NCBI GenBank assembly: GCA_001512505.1
Contig: LFSC01000009.1
Span: 4,201-68,200 of the forward strand
DNA: 64,000 nucleotides
Direction: 5' to 3'
Source: Clostridiaceae bacterium DTU079
GTDB taxonomy: Bacteria > Bacillota > Clostridia > Acetivibrionales > Acetivibrionaceae
Position numbers and translations under genes: made by a program. Shown piece after piece: positions 10,009 through 19,193 of the stretch. Each line of letters starts with the position of its first letter. Positions within the stretch are counted from its first letter, which is position 1. A model generated the notes under the pieces. The model did not search any database, had not been told where the DNA came from, and was given only the letters and a program-made list of their open reading frames with translations.

Positions 10009-10809
10009 CTATAAGACAAAACTGTTAACCAGTGACTGAGTTATTAGGTTCCATCCCCCAACCATAATAAACAGTAAAATCTTAAACGGCAAAGATATCA
10101 TGACCGGCGGAAGCATCATCATACCCATGGACATAAGCGTACTTGAAACCACCATATCAATTACCAGAAACGGTATATAAATAAGAAAACCGATTTTGAA
10201 TGCAATTGTCAATTCGCTAATTAAAAAGGCCGGAATAACTATTGTTAAAGGAAGATTTGGAATTTCTTCCTCCTTGATGGGAGTCTTCATTCCGGACAGC
10301 GATACAAAAAGTCCCAAGTCATCCTTTGATGTCTGCCGGATCATAAACATCTTAATTGTCGCAGATGCCCTGTCAATTGCAACATCTTGGGTAATCTCCT
10401 GATTGGAATAAGGCTTTAATGCAGTGTCATTGATTTCCGTTAAAACAGGGTTCATTATGAACAGCGTTAAAAACAAAGCTAGCCCAATCAAGACTTGATT
10501 CGGCGGCATTTGTTGGGTCCCCATGGCATTTCTCAAAAAGGAGAGGACAATAATTATTCTGGTAAAGCTCGTCATCATTATAAGTATTGACGGAGCCAAA
10601 GTCAACACAGTTAAGAGCAGCAAAATCTTAACACTGTTGGAAACATCCTGAGGATTATCTGAAGACTCCACAGAAAATCCCAGCTTGGGTAACGATATAG
10701 TTTCCGGTTCAGCGTATACATATGATGCCAACAGAATAAACACTGTTATTATCATTGTAGCTAAAATAAGATATCTAAGCCCTCTTTTCATTGGTGTATT
10801 CCTCTCCAT
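10009..10809 (-). CDS. fliP: Flagellar export apparatus protein FliP
   Basis: 266-aa ORF with a signal-like N-terminus and the conserved MGTQQMPPNQVLIGLALFLTLFIM block. The start may instead be the internal Met (MKRGL, 10791). Overlaps fliO. Confidence 0.95.
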   Translation of the reverse strand: MERNTPMKRGLRYLILATMIITVFILLASYVYAEPETISLPKLGFSVESSDNPQDVSNSVKILLLLTVLTLAPSILIMMTSFTRIIIVLSFLRNAMGTQQMPPNQVLIGLALFLTLFIMNPVLTEINDTALKPYSNQEITQDVAIDRASATIKMFMIRQTSKDDLGLFVSLSGMKTPIKEEEIPNLPLTIVIPAFLISELTIAFKIGFLIYIPFLVIDMVVSSTLMSMGMMMLPPVMISLPFKILLFIMVGGWNLITQSLVNSFVL

Positions 10810-11278
10810 CTTCTGTCTTGTGCAAATTTATCCCTGTCGAAATATCCTTAAGCCTTTTGAGATTTTTGTTAAAAACCCGTTCATTTAAACTTTCTCTGTT
10901 CTCTTTATTCAATACTGCAGTAAAACCTTTATTTTCTTGCTTATGTTTAAAACCCTGAAAATACTTATCAAAGACATTCTTAAAATTAAAACTGTTGTTA
11001 CTGGCTTTCTCTTCATTATCGGAATATTCTTCTAACTCGACCTTTGTTAAAAAGCAGGTATTTTTCCCTGAGGTTGAAATTAAAACAAAATCCGGTCCAA
11101 CCTTCACAAGATGCAGCTTAGAGTCAAACCCTAAATTGACTGTTTCAATAATGTTTATGTATCTCCCTTTCATCATTTTATTGGTTCCGGTTCCGATAAA
11201 TTTTGTTGTAACATATGCCAGGAATAAAATCGAACCGAAAACAATCAGAAACAAAACAGCACTTATCAGGCTCTCCAT
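10775..11278 (-). CDS. fliO: FliO/FliZ-type flagellar biosynthesis protein
   Basis: 167-aa ORF with a single N-terminal TM helix and a FliO-like core (RYINIIETVNLGFDSKLHLVKVGPDFVLIS). Lies between cheY and fliP, as in Bacillus. The C-terminal tail is long and poorly conserved. Confidence 0.8.
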   Translation of the reverse strand: MESLISAVLFLIVFGSILFLAYVTTKFIGTGTNKMMKGRYINIIETVNLGFDSKLHLVKVGPDFVLISTSGKNTCFLTKVELEEYSDNEEKASNNSFNFKNVFDKYFQGFKHKQENKGFTAVLNKENRESLNERVFNKNLKRLKDISTGINLHKTEDGEEYTNEKRA

Positions 11279-11330
11279 TATATACTCCCTCTTCCGTTAT
11301 CAATAACTTTATCTGAAGCTTTTACCGGGA

Positions 11331-11693
11331 TTATCCCAGAACTTTCTTCACTGCCTCAACAACTCTTTCAGCTTGAAAGGGTTTTACAATAAAATCCCTC
11401 GCACCTGCTTGAATAGACTCTATTACCATAGCCTGCTGGCCCATTGCCGAGCACATGATTATTTTTGATTCCGAGTTGATTTTTTTGATCTGCCTAACAG
11501 CTTCTATACCGTCTACTTCAGGCATGGTGATGTCCATAATCACCAGGTCCGGAGAAAGATCCTTATACTTTTCAACTGCCCGGGCCCCATTCTCTGCTTC
11601 ACCTGCCACCTCATACCCATTCTTGGTAAGAATATCCTTTATCATCATTCTCATAAAAGCTGCATCATCAACTATAAGAATCCTTTTTCCCAT
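11331..11693 (-). CDS. cheY: Chemotaxis response regulator CheY
   Basis: 120-aa single receiver domain (ILIVDDAAFMR ... VIMDITMPEVDG ... KPF). Confidence 0.95.
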   Translation of the reverse strand: MGKRILIVDDAAFMRMMIKDILTKNGYEVAGEAENGARAVEKYKDLSPDLVIMDITMPEVDGIEAVRQIKKINSESKIIMCSAMGQQAMVIESIQAGARDFIVKPFQAERVVEAVKKVLG

Positions 11694-11777
11694 CGTTTAC
11701 CCTCTCCTTAAATATTTGTCTATTCCATTAAAAACCAGTAAATATATGTCTTTATGGGTTTTAAAATATCCTAAGCA

Positions 11778-12944
11778 CTAAAGTCTTTTTGACGGATCAA
11801 TTATATCCGTGACCCTAACTCCGAAGCTTTCATCTATTACCACAACTTCACCTTTGGCAATTACCTTACCGTTTACCAAAATATCCACAGGATCACCGGC
11901 AAGCTTGTCCAGCTCTATTATAGATCCGGGTCCAAATTCCAATATATCCTTTATGAGCTTGTTGGTTCTCCCCAGCTCAACTGTTACCTGCAAAGGAACG
12001 TCCATGATAAGACCGATATTCTTCTTTTCTATTGAAATCATACCGTCATCAAAGGCTTCAAACTGAGCCGGTTGTACATTTATCGGCGCTTTTGGCCTAT
12101 TATGCTCCTGCGGTGCAGAATGAGCATAATATTGCCCCTGTGGCTGATAAGCTTGCTGTTGAGGACTTGGTGGAACCTCAGCCTGGTAATTGGGAACCGG
12201 TGCCTGGTGCTGCACCTGTGAAGACTCATCATCAAATGAAAATGAATCATTGATATTAGGATTCGGTTCAGTATTCAATATATTGCCCACAAGTTCCTTT
12301 GCAAAATTAACAGGTATTATCTGCATAATCTCGCTGTCGATTAATTCACCGACTTGCATTTTAAAGGCTATTTGAACTACTTTGCTTTCAACATCAAAGG
12401 AATTCTCAGGACTTATACTGTCAATTGTCAGAGAAAATGCCTTTGGAGGGGAAATATCAATCCTTTTATCGAACATGGAAGACATTGAAGTTGCTGCCGA
12501 ACCTATCATCTGGTTCATGGCTTCGCTAATTGCGCTCAAATGCAGCTCCGTCAAATCTCCGTCTTTATTGCTGCCGTCCCCGCCCATCATTAAATCTGCA
12601 ATTACTTTAACGTCAGACTCCTTTAGCAATAGAAGGTTTAAACCGTTTAAGCCGTCAGTATATTCTACCTTGACTGCTACATATAATGCTTGATATTTAT
12701 CCAGCAATTCCTTCCACGTGCATACCATAACCCTGGGAGTAGTAATGGTTACTTTTTGTCCTAAGAGAGAATTCAATGTGGTTGCAGAAGTACCGATACT
12801 TATGTTTCCTATTTCACCCAATGCATCGATTTCCTGCGAATTAAGTTCGGAACCGTCTTGCATTATTTCATCTTCGTTTATACTGTCACCGTTCAATAAA
12901 GCATCTATTTCTTCTTGAGACAACATATCTCCCATTTTACTCAT
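11778..12944 (-). CDS. fliY: Flagellar C-ring protein FliY (CheC-like phosphatase domain fused to a FliN/SpoA domain)
   Basis: 388-aa ORF with an N-terminal EIDALLNG peptide, a CheC-like middle region, a P/Q/Y-rich linker (QAPVPNYQAEVPPSPQQQAYQPQGQYY) and a C-terminal SpoA domain (VDILVNGKVIAKGEVVVIDESFGVRVTDI). Confidence 0.93.
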   Translation of the reverse strand: MSKMGDMLSQEEIDALLNGDSINEDEIMQDGSELNSQEIDALGEIGNISIGTSATTLNSLLGQKVTITTPRVMVCTWKELLDKYQALYVAVKVEYTDGLNGLNLLLLKESDVKVIADLMMGGDGSNKDGDLTELHLSAISEAMNQMIGSAATSMSSMFDKRIDISPPKAFSLTIDSISPENSFDVESKVVQIAFKMQVGELIDSEIMQIIPVNFAKELVGNILNTEPNPNINDSFSFDDESSQVQHQAPVPNYQAEVPPSPQQQAYQPQGQYYAHSAPQEHNRPKAPINVQPAQFEAFDDGMISIEKKNIGLIMDVPLQVTVELGRTNKLIKDILEFGPGSIIELDKLAGDPVDILVNGKVIAKGEVVVIDESFGVRVTDIIDPSKRL

Positions 12945-13923
12945 CCTCCCTTCTTATTACATCCGTTATTTTGACTGCAACTTTATTCTTCTTTACTCCC
13001 GGAGAACAATAAAATTTCAATATATCTCCCACCAGAACATCCAATTTTCCATTAACATTTGTGTTCAACGGTATTACATCACCACACTGCATCTCAATTA
13101 AATCGGCCACTTGAATTGTCGTTCTGCCAAGTATCACACTAATAGGTATTTTGGTATTTTGAATTTTTTGCTCAATTGTCTTTTTGTCTTCCGGTTTCGG
13201 TTCTTTTTCGTTATTTGCAAACCAATATTTTGTGCTTAACTTTGACAGTATAGGCTCTACAGCCATATAGGGAATACAGATATTAACCATTCCCTCAACT
13301 TCACCTATCCTCGTACCTAAGGTTATCAAGGCTATCATTTCATTTGCCGATACTATTTGTGCAAACTGCGCATTTGTCTCGATTTTCTCAAGTCTTGGCT
13401 TCACTTCAACCACATTTTCCCATGGCTCTCTCATGAGATTCAAGAGCTGAGATATTATTCTTTCAATTATCGCAAGTTCTACCTCGGTAAATTCTCTTAT
13501 CTTATCCATAGGAAGCCCTTTTCCGCCAAGTATTCTGTCAATTAATGCAAAGGCAACGGAAGGAGCCACTTCAAGAATAATTGATCCGGAAAGGGGAGCA
13601 AAATCGACGACTGCGAGTACAGCAGGATTGGACAATGAATTGCTGAACTCATAATATGCTATCGGCTCCACCGAAATAACATCCACCTGAACCAGAGCTC
13701 TTAAATACCCTGAAAGAAAATTTGTAACAAGCCTGGCATAATTGTCGTAAATAACATTGAGGGTCCTTAAATGATCCTTTCCGAATTTGCTCGGCCTTCT
13801 GAAGTCATGAATTTTTATCTTCTTCTCTTCGGTTTTGGTATTCATTTGTTGGACATCCAATTCACCAGTATTAAGGGCTTTAAGTAGTTCGTCTATTTCA
13901 TTTTGAGACAGAATATCCCCCAT
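12937..13923 (-). CDS. fliM: Flagellar motor switch protein FliM
   Basis: 328-aa ORF with the N-terminal CheY-P binding peptide (LSQNEIDELL) and the FliM core. Overlaps fliY by 8 nt. Confidence 0.95.
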   Translation of the reverse strand: MGDILSQNEIDELLKALNTGELDVQQMNTKTEEKKIKIHDFRRPSKFGKDHLRTLNVIYDNYARLVTNFLSGYLRALVQVDVISVEPIAYYEFSNSLSNPAVLAVVDFAPLSGSIILEVAPSVAFALIDRILGGKGLPMDKIREFTEVELAIIERIISQLLNLMREPWENVVEVKPRLEKIETNAQFAQIVSANEMIALITLGTRIGEVEGMVNICIPYMAVEPILSKLSTKYWFANNEKEPKPEDKKTIEQKIQNTKIPISVILGRTTIQVADLIEMQCGDVIPLNTNVNGKLDVLVGDILKFYCSPGVKKNKVAVKITDVIRREDE

Positions 13924-13935
13924 TTATTGCGCCTC

Positions 13936-14436
13936 CTACTGGTAGAACCAATTGTCAAAAACAATGGTAAAAATAATATCGTCCTTTGCCTTTTCATTTG
14001 ACAGCAAATATTCATTCATCCTCTTAGTAAGCTCTTCTCTTGCCTTTTCCTTGGAATCTTCCTTCATTACATCCTTAAGGGTTAATGATTGAAAATATGT
14101 ACCGACAATTTCCTGAAGCTTACTTTTATTTGCTTCAATCTTTACGGTTGTATCCTCAATATCTCTAACTTTTTTGAAATAAGATATTTCCGCACTGATA
14201 ACTATAATAGGACTCTTTGCGGTATCCTCATTTTTAAGGTTAAACGGTGTCTTTTCATTAAACAGCTGCAACTTTACCAGTTCATCATCACTGGGCAATG
14301 TTACTATTTTCGGAGTATCCGAAGCAGAATTTACAGACCCGCCCTGTAAAAATAGTATTATTATAAGTATTGCAAGGGATAAGGACAAAAACGCCACTAT
14401 ACCGATAAGAATAAAATAACCGCTTTTTCCTTCCAA
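13936..14436 (-). CDS. fliL: Flagellar basal-body-associated protein FliL
   Basis: 166-aa ORF with a single TM helix followed by a FliL-like periplasmic domain. Lies between flbD and fliM. Confidence 0.85.
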   Translation of the reverse strand: MEGKSGYFILIGIVAFLSLSLAILIIILFLQGGSVNSASDTPKIVTLPSDDELVKLQLFNEKTPFNLKNEDTAKSPIIVISAEISYFKKVRDIEDTTVKIEANKSKLQEIVGTYFQSLTLKDVMKEDSKEKAREELTKRMNEYLLSNEKAKDDIIFTIVFDNWFYQ

Positions 14437-14529
14437 AATGTATGCCCCCTTTATCCTTTAAGTAGATAACATAAAATGGCTAAGCTGATAAAACTGAATA
14501 TGTGAAAATAGTAAGAGCATAAAGTCCAA

Positions 14530-14730
14530 TTACTGGTTAATTCTGTTTAAAAGAGAGATTGATCTTTTATAATGTAAAACTTTTTTGACTATCTCATCAA
14601 TATTTTCGACAACAACAAATTTTTTGCCGTTTGTTGTTGAAATAACAGTGTCAGGTGTTTGTTCAACGACTTCAATTAATTCACAATTTAAAACAAATTC
14701 CGTTCCATTTAATCTAGTTAATTTAATCAT
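14530..14730 (-). CDS. flbD: Flagellar protein FlbD (SwrD-like)
   Basis: 66-aa ORF. MIKLTRLNGTEFVLNCELIEVVEQTPDTVISTTNGKKFVV matches the FlbD family pattern. Lies directly downstream of flgE. Confidence 0.9.
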   Translation of the reverse strand: MIKLTRLNGTEFVLNCELIEVVEQTPDTVISTTNGKKFVVVENIDEIVKKVLHYKRSISLLNRINQ

Positions 14731-14857
14731 AATATTTTTACCTCAAAAACTCAATAGAAAAATTAGATTTTTGTGAAAAAATTATGGTTTTGTGTACTTA
14801 TTTTACGATTAGAGTGAACTGCTAATTGTTTTTCAGCAAAAACTTCTATTATTTCCG

Positions 14858-14893
14858 CGACTGTCAGACGGGTAAAGCCCCATCTGACAATCG
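14858..14893 (-). promoter_or_regulatory. GC-rich 15-bp stem-loop just 3' of flgE, with no U-tract (candidate mRNA stability/processing element or partial attenuator)
   Basis: Arms CGACTGTCAGACGGG (14858-14872) and CCCATCTGACAATCG (14879-14893). The two non-Watson-Crick positions are C-A on the plus strand but G-U on the minus-strand transcript, so the fold favours the transcribed strand. Confidence 0.55.
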
Positions 14894-14908
14894 AGTTATT
14901 AAATTATA

Positions 14909-16243
14909 CTACCTCTTCAAATTAACAAGCTCCTGAAGCATTTCGTCAGAGGTTGTAATTATTCTGCTGTTTGCCTGGAAGCCTCTCTGGGTCACAATCA
15001 TGTCCGTAAATTCTTTTGAAAGGTCAACATTCGACATTTCAAGAGTTCCGGGATTCAGCATTCCTGTACCTTCCGTCCCTGCCTTCACACCCCGTGTAAA
15101 CTCTCCGGAGTTGCTGGTGGCTATATACATGTTTTCTCCCACCTTTTGAAGCCCGGCCGGATTATCAAAACCTGCTAAGGCTATAAGTCCCAAGGGCTGT
15201 TGCAGACCGTTGCTGTATACCCCATATATCATTCCGTCAGATCCTATATTAAAGGTAGTAAGTTCTCCCGGTGGATAACCGTCCACATTGGTAGGCTTTA
15301 CGGAACTATCTGCCGCATACATGGTAAGATTTGAAAAATCAAGCGTTACCTTGATATCCTCAGTTCCGACACCTGCCGGAGGAGTAATTACTATACTCGG
15401 TGTCAATGCCGGTCCCGATACCACTTGTCCTTTGGTATTAAACTCAATACTTCCGGATGCAGTCGTTAAGCTTAATCCCGACGCAGCTGCCACCTGCCAC
15501 TCCCAAGTGGTTGTTCCTCCGGACCCGCCCGCAGCACCGGTTTTTCTAAAGTTTACACTTAATTTGTATTTATTCCCCAGTGAGTCGTACACTGTAAGAG
15601 GTACTGAAAATTGAAAGTCGCTTGTCGAAGATGCACCTGATCCGGCTGTATATATGGGAGTTGAAGCATCCAGATTACCCGCTAATACAGCACTGGTAGT
15701 CGCTCTGGCTGCCAGCATCCTTTTATTTTTATTAACGGCGTCCGAGAAAAGGTTTATCGGCTCAATAGAACTCTCAGTATCAAATTTAAATGTTCCGTCT
15801 TCCAGCCTTGTGTAGGTCTGCCAGCCATAAACGTTCATACCGCTTCCGGTTACGAGGTTTCCTAACCGGTCTATTCCAAAGTTTCCGGCTCTTGTGAACA
15901 TGTATGTACTCGAGCTTCCACCCTTTACTATAAAGAAGCCCTCGCCTTCAATGGCCAAATCCGTAGGATTGTCGGTTCTTTGAAGGCTACCGCGGGTGGT
16001 AATTGTATCGATGGTCCCCACATCTATACCCAGTCCCACCTGCATTGGATTTGTTCCACCGCGGCCTGTTGCTGAATCGGGAGCGCCGGCACCTTGCAGT
16101 GTCTGGCTAAAAACCTCCTGAAAGGTCACCCTTCCCGATTTAAAGCCTACTGTATTAACGTTTGCTATGTTGTTTCCTATAACGTCCATTCTTGTCTGGT
16201 GAGCCCGAAGTCCGGAAACCCCGGAAAACATAGATCTCATCAT
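14909..16243 (-). CDS. flgE: Flagellar hook protein FlgE
   Basis: 444-aa ORF with the N-terminal rod/hook consensus (MMRSMFSGVSGLRAHQTRMDVIGNNIANVNTVGFK) and the C-terminal LEMSNVDLSKEFTDMIVTQRGFQANSR motif. Confidence 0.97.
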   Translation of the reverse strand: MMRSMFSGVSGLRAHQTRMDVIGNNIANVNTVGFKSGRVTFQEVFSQTLQGAGAPDSATGRGGTNPMQVGLGIDVGTIDTITTRGSLQRTDNPTDLAIEGEGFFIVKGGSSSTYMFTRAGNFGIDRLGNLVTGSGMNVYGWQTYTRLEDGTFKFDTESSIEPINLFSDAVNKNKRMLAARATTSAVLAGNLDASTPIYTAGSGASSTSDFQFSVPLTVYDSLGNKYKLSVNFRKTGAAGGSGGTTTWEWQVAAASGLSLTTASGSIEFNTKGQVVSGPALTPSIVITPPAGVGTEDIKVTLDFSNLTMYAADSSVKPTNVDGYPPGELTTFNIGSDGMIYGVYSNGLQQPLGLIALAGFDNPAGLQKVGENMYIATSNSGEFTRGVKAGTEGTGMLNPGTLEMSNVDLSKEFTDMIVTQRGFQANSRIITTSDEMLQELVNLKR

Positions 16244-16307
16244 AACGAAATGACCTCCTTCAGTTACGCTATAATAAATGACTTCGTCTTTTCTATTCCT
16301 TCTGTCA

Positions 16308-16344
16308 GTCCGGAATAGGTAGCCTCCCGAAAGGGTCCGGCTAC
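16308..16344 (-). promoter_or_regulatory. GC-rich stem-loop in the 152-nt spacer 5' of flgE
   Basis: GTAGCC (16319-16324) pairs with GGCTAC (16339-16344), enclosing CCC-GAAA-GGG. An alternative outer pairing is CCGGA (16310-16314) with TCCGG (16336-16340). Confidence 0.45.
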
Positions 16345-16395
16345 ATTAATATTTGCGATTTTACTACATACTTAGCTATAAACCTTGTATCAAAG

Positions 16396-16785
16396 TTATG
16401 TAAATACAGCGCCGTCAATGTTTGTAAAAACGTTATCTTTAAGCTCATTGCTGTTAACCGCAGTGATTACCGTCTTACTCCTTACATTTACTACAAATGC
16501 CATGTCGTCCACAAGCACCAGGGACTCTCTAACTCCTTTTTCCTCCGCCTTTTGTACAGCCCTTGAAATTCTTTCCTTCTGTGCTTCCGAAAGATTTATA
16601 TTTCTCATTTGCAGTCTCATCTGGGCATGCTTTGAAAACTTAATCTCACTGCCTTCATTTACTTTGCTCTTTAATATTTCATCAAAGGTGCCCTTTGCAG
16701 CATTTTCAGGCTTGTTGAGTATTGGAGTGTCCTGCCTGTTAACAACCTTTCCGACATTTGCATAGAAATTATTGTTTACAATCAT
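16396..16785 (-). CDS. Flagellar operon protein of unknown function (TIGR02530-like)
   Basis: 129-aa ORF between flgD and flgE. The KFSKHAQMRLQMRNINLSEAQKERISRAV pattern matches the small conserved Firmicute flagellar operon protein as I recall it. 4-nt overlap with flgD. Confidence 0.7.
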   Translation of the reverse strand: MIVNNNFYANVGKVVNRQDTPILNKPENAAKGTFDEILKSKVNEGSEIKFSKHAQMRLQMRNINLSEAQKERISRAVQKAEEKGVRESLVLVDDMAFVVNVRSKTVITAVNSNELKDNVFTNIDGAVFT

Positions 16786-17639
16786 TCTTCCACCTCACGT
16801 ACCTGTTGTTCCTTAATGTTGTAGATGCTATCTACAGGAACATATACTTCGTCTAAAACCCCCGTAATTTTTCCGTCAGGTGCTATTGTGAAGTCTCTCA
16901 AGATTCCGTTTACAGGAACCCTGGTTCCGTTTCCGAACTCATCGGTTATTATTAAAGAAATCTGATGATCCAAGCTGTCGGTCAGGTACGTTTCCCAAAA
17001 TTCAGGATCTGTTGAAGGTAGACCGGTGGCAACTGCAGAGATGTTTACTTTGACACCATCCATTATAGCGTAATTTTCATACCTGCCTTTTTCAATTTCC
17101 TTAACAACTCCGCTAACCCCAACAATTTCGCCGGTTTGTGGATCATATACGCAGCCTTTGACTTCATAACCGATGATTCCTGTGTATTGGGATATATTTG
17201 TATCATTAAATATACCCGAATCCTCTGAAACGCTTACAACCTTTTCAACCGGAACATCTTTACCTCCGACAACCAAATAAGTTCTGCTGCCTTCCATCTT
17301 AACACTTTCAACGGTGCCCGCAACGGCCTCCGTCTCAAAAGTGCTTTCATTGAGCATGGTGGCAGTTATATACTTACCTATCATGCCAAAGGCTTTTGTC
17401 GCTGAAAAACTGGTGTTAAGATTCTGCATCTGTTCCAAGGCGCTAAACTGAGCCATTTGAGCTATAAATTCCTTATCTTCCACAGGATTCAAGGGATCCT
17501 GATATCGAAGCTGTGTCACAAGAAGATTCAAAAACTCATCCTTGCCCAGTTCTCCAACCTTTCTCTGGCCGGCCTTGTTCTCCGTACTTTTGATGATTTC
17601 CTCAATGGTTTTTTCGCGGCTTACACCATCGACAGCCAT
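16782..17639 (-). CDS. flgD: Flagellar hook assembly/capping protein FlgD
   Basis: 285-aa ORF with the conserved DEFLNLLVTQLRYQDPLNP motif and a C-terminal FlgD Ig-like region. Confidence 0.93.
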   Translation of the reverse strand: MAVDGVSREKTIEEIIKSTENKAGQRKVGELGKDEFLNLLVTQLRYQDPLNPVEDKEFIAQMAQFSALEQMQNLNTSFSATKAFGMIGKYITATMLNESTFETEAVAGTVESVKMEGSRTYLVVGGKDVPVEKVVSVSEDSGIFNDTNISQYTGIIGYEVKGCVYDPQTGEIVGVSGVVKEIEKGRYENYAIMDGVKVNISAVATGLPSTDPEFWETYLTDSLDHQISLIITDEFGNGTRVPVNGILRDFTIAPDGKITGVLDEVYVPVDSIYNIKEQQVREVEE

Positions 17640-17654
17640 TAAAACTCCTCCTTG

Positions 17655-19193
17655 CTATGCTGTTAGATTAATGCTGCTGGTCCCATCAATATAAGAATTA
17701 ATTCCTGTATGCAGTTGCTCCAAGCTTTCAACACCGACCATGCCTATAGCAGGAAGTTCATCCTTTAACCCTTTCTTAGCAAAATTGCCTTTCTTCATAT
17801 TGTCTTCGTATCCGCTGCGTTCTCTGTTGTCACCTACGGAAACGCTGAATTCCTGAACCAAAAAGCCCTGCTTTTCCAAAGATTCCTTAAGCATATTCAT
17901 GTTTGATTCCAAGGCAGCCTTAACCTGTTCATTTTCAGCAATGAATTTGGCAACCACAATACCTCTTTCTGTAGCGATCTTTAATGCCAATTTGCCCAGA
18001 TGATCCGGCTTTAAATCGATAACCATTTCACTCTTTTCACCACTTAGAAGCACCTTTGCCTTTTCAACTACCTGTGTAAAAATTTCCTGTTTTGAAACAG
18101 GAGCCTTGCTCTCTACCGTCTGAGAAAAACCTGTGTCTTGAACTTCCTTTTGACTTACATCATAAGATAAAGTTACAGACTTATCTCCGACAATGTCCTC
18201 CGATTCAGATACAAAGACTTTATTGTCTCTTAATTCCCCGGTCTCAATACCTTTTTTTCGGTCTTTCAGTTCAGTCTTCTCGAGCTCATCGGAAGAATTC
18301 CCGGATTCATCCTCCACCAATAAACCTTCTTCTTTCTCAGTAACTTGAAGTGAAGCAGCTTCTTCCGGATTAATGCTGTTTTTAACGGCATCCTGTACTT
18401 TAGCGGAAATATGACTAATCAATTTGTCCGGATGTTGAAGGGAAATGTCTTTTAGTTGATTCAATGCCCGGCCGATTCTATCGGCAATTTCTCCTTTTTC
18501 TTCGACTACCTCAACATCGATTCCTTTCAATTCAATCCATTCTTCTTTTGCCGTATTTTTTTCGGTATTTCCAGCAGCATTGAGAAATACCCTGCTGTCA
18601 CCGATGGAATGCTGAACCTCATCCTGAATCATAGAGAGAATTTGGGACAGGGTTTTTTGCTGATCGCTGCTAAGTCCGATGAAATCGGAGATTTTTTGTG
18701 CCACTTCTTCAACATATGCATTGTCAGTCAGCTCACGGGAATTGATGTTCAGTGCTGCCAAAAGGCTGCTTAGCTCATTTTCGGTTATTCCCAGAACCTT
18801 TGCCAAAGCCTCTTTCAATACCTCTTCTTCCATACCGCCATCTTCATTTTGAGCTTTAACTTCTTTACCGCTAAATCCTGTTCCGTTATCTTTACTACTA
18901 TTTATAGCCTTGTTATTGCTTGGACGACATTGCCGGGAAGCTGCTGCCTCATTATAGCTTTTTATTTGACTTTGAGGTTCTTTTCCGTTTGTCGATTTTT
19001 CAACATTTGCCACGTTGTATGTCCTTTTGGCATTTTGTCCCGTATAAGTCCTGTCTACAGCAGAACTTAGCATGTCCTTAAAATCCGAAGAAAAGCGCTC
19101 ACCGGTGTTTCTCTTCGCAGGGGTATTTCCAGGCTGTACCGCCAGATTTGAAATAAGCGGCAAAATAGCGTTGCTATTGATCATTTTTTTCAC
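17655..19193 (-). CDS. fliK: Flagellar hook-length control protein FliK
   Basis: 512-aa ORF with a low-complexity acidic N-terminal and middle region. C-terminal Flg_hook domain (VIDLKPDHLGKLALKIATERGIVVAKFIAENEQVKAALESN). Confidence 0.85.
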   Translation of the reverse strand: MKKMINSNAILPLISNLAVQPGNTPAKRNTGERFSSDFKDMLSSAVDRTYTGQNAKRTYNVANVEKSTNGKEPQSQIKSYNEAAASRQCRPSNNKAINSSKDNGTGFSGKEVKAQNEDGGMEEEVLKEALAKVLGITENELSSLLAALNINSRELTDNAYVEEVAQKISDFIGLSSDQQKTLSQILSMIQDEVQHSIGDSRVFLNAAGNTEKNTAKEEWIELKGIDVEVVEEKGEIADRIGRALNQLKDISLQHPDKLISHISAKVQDAVKNSINPEEAASLQVTEKEEGLLVEDESGNSSDELEKTELKDRKKGIETGELRDNKVFVSESEDIVGDKSVTLSYDVSQKEVQDTGFSQTVESKAPVSKQEIFTQVVEKAKVLLSGEKSEMVIDLKPDHLGKLALKIATERGIVVAKFIAENEQVKAALESNMNMLKESLEKQGFLVQEFSVSVGDNRERSGYEDNMKKGNFAKKGLKDELPAIGMVGVESLEQLHTGINSYIDGTSSINLTA

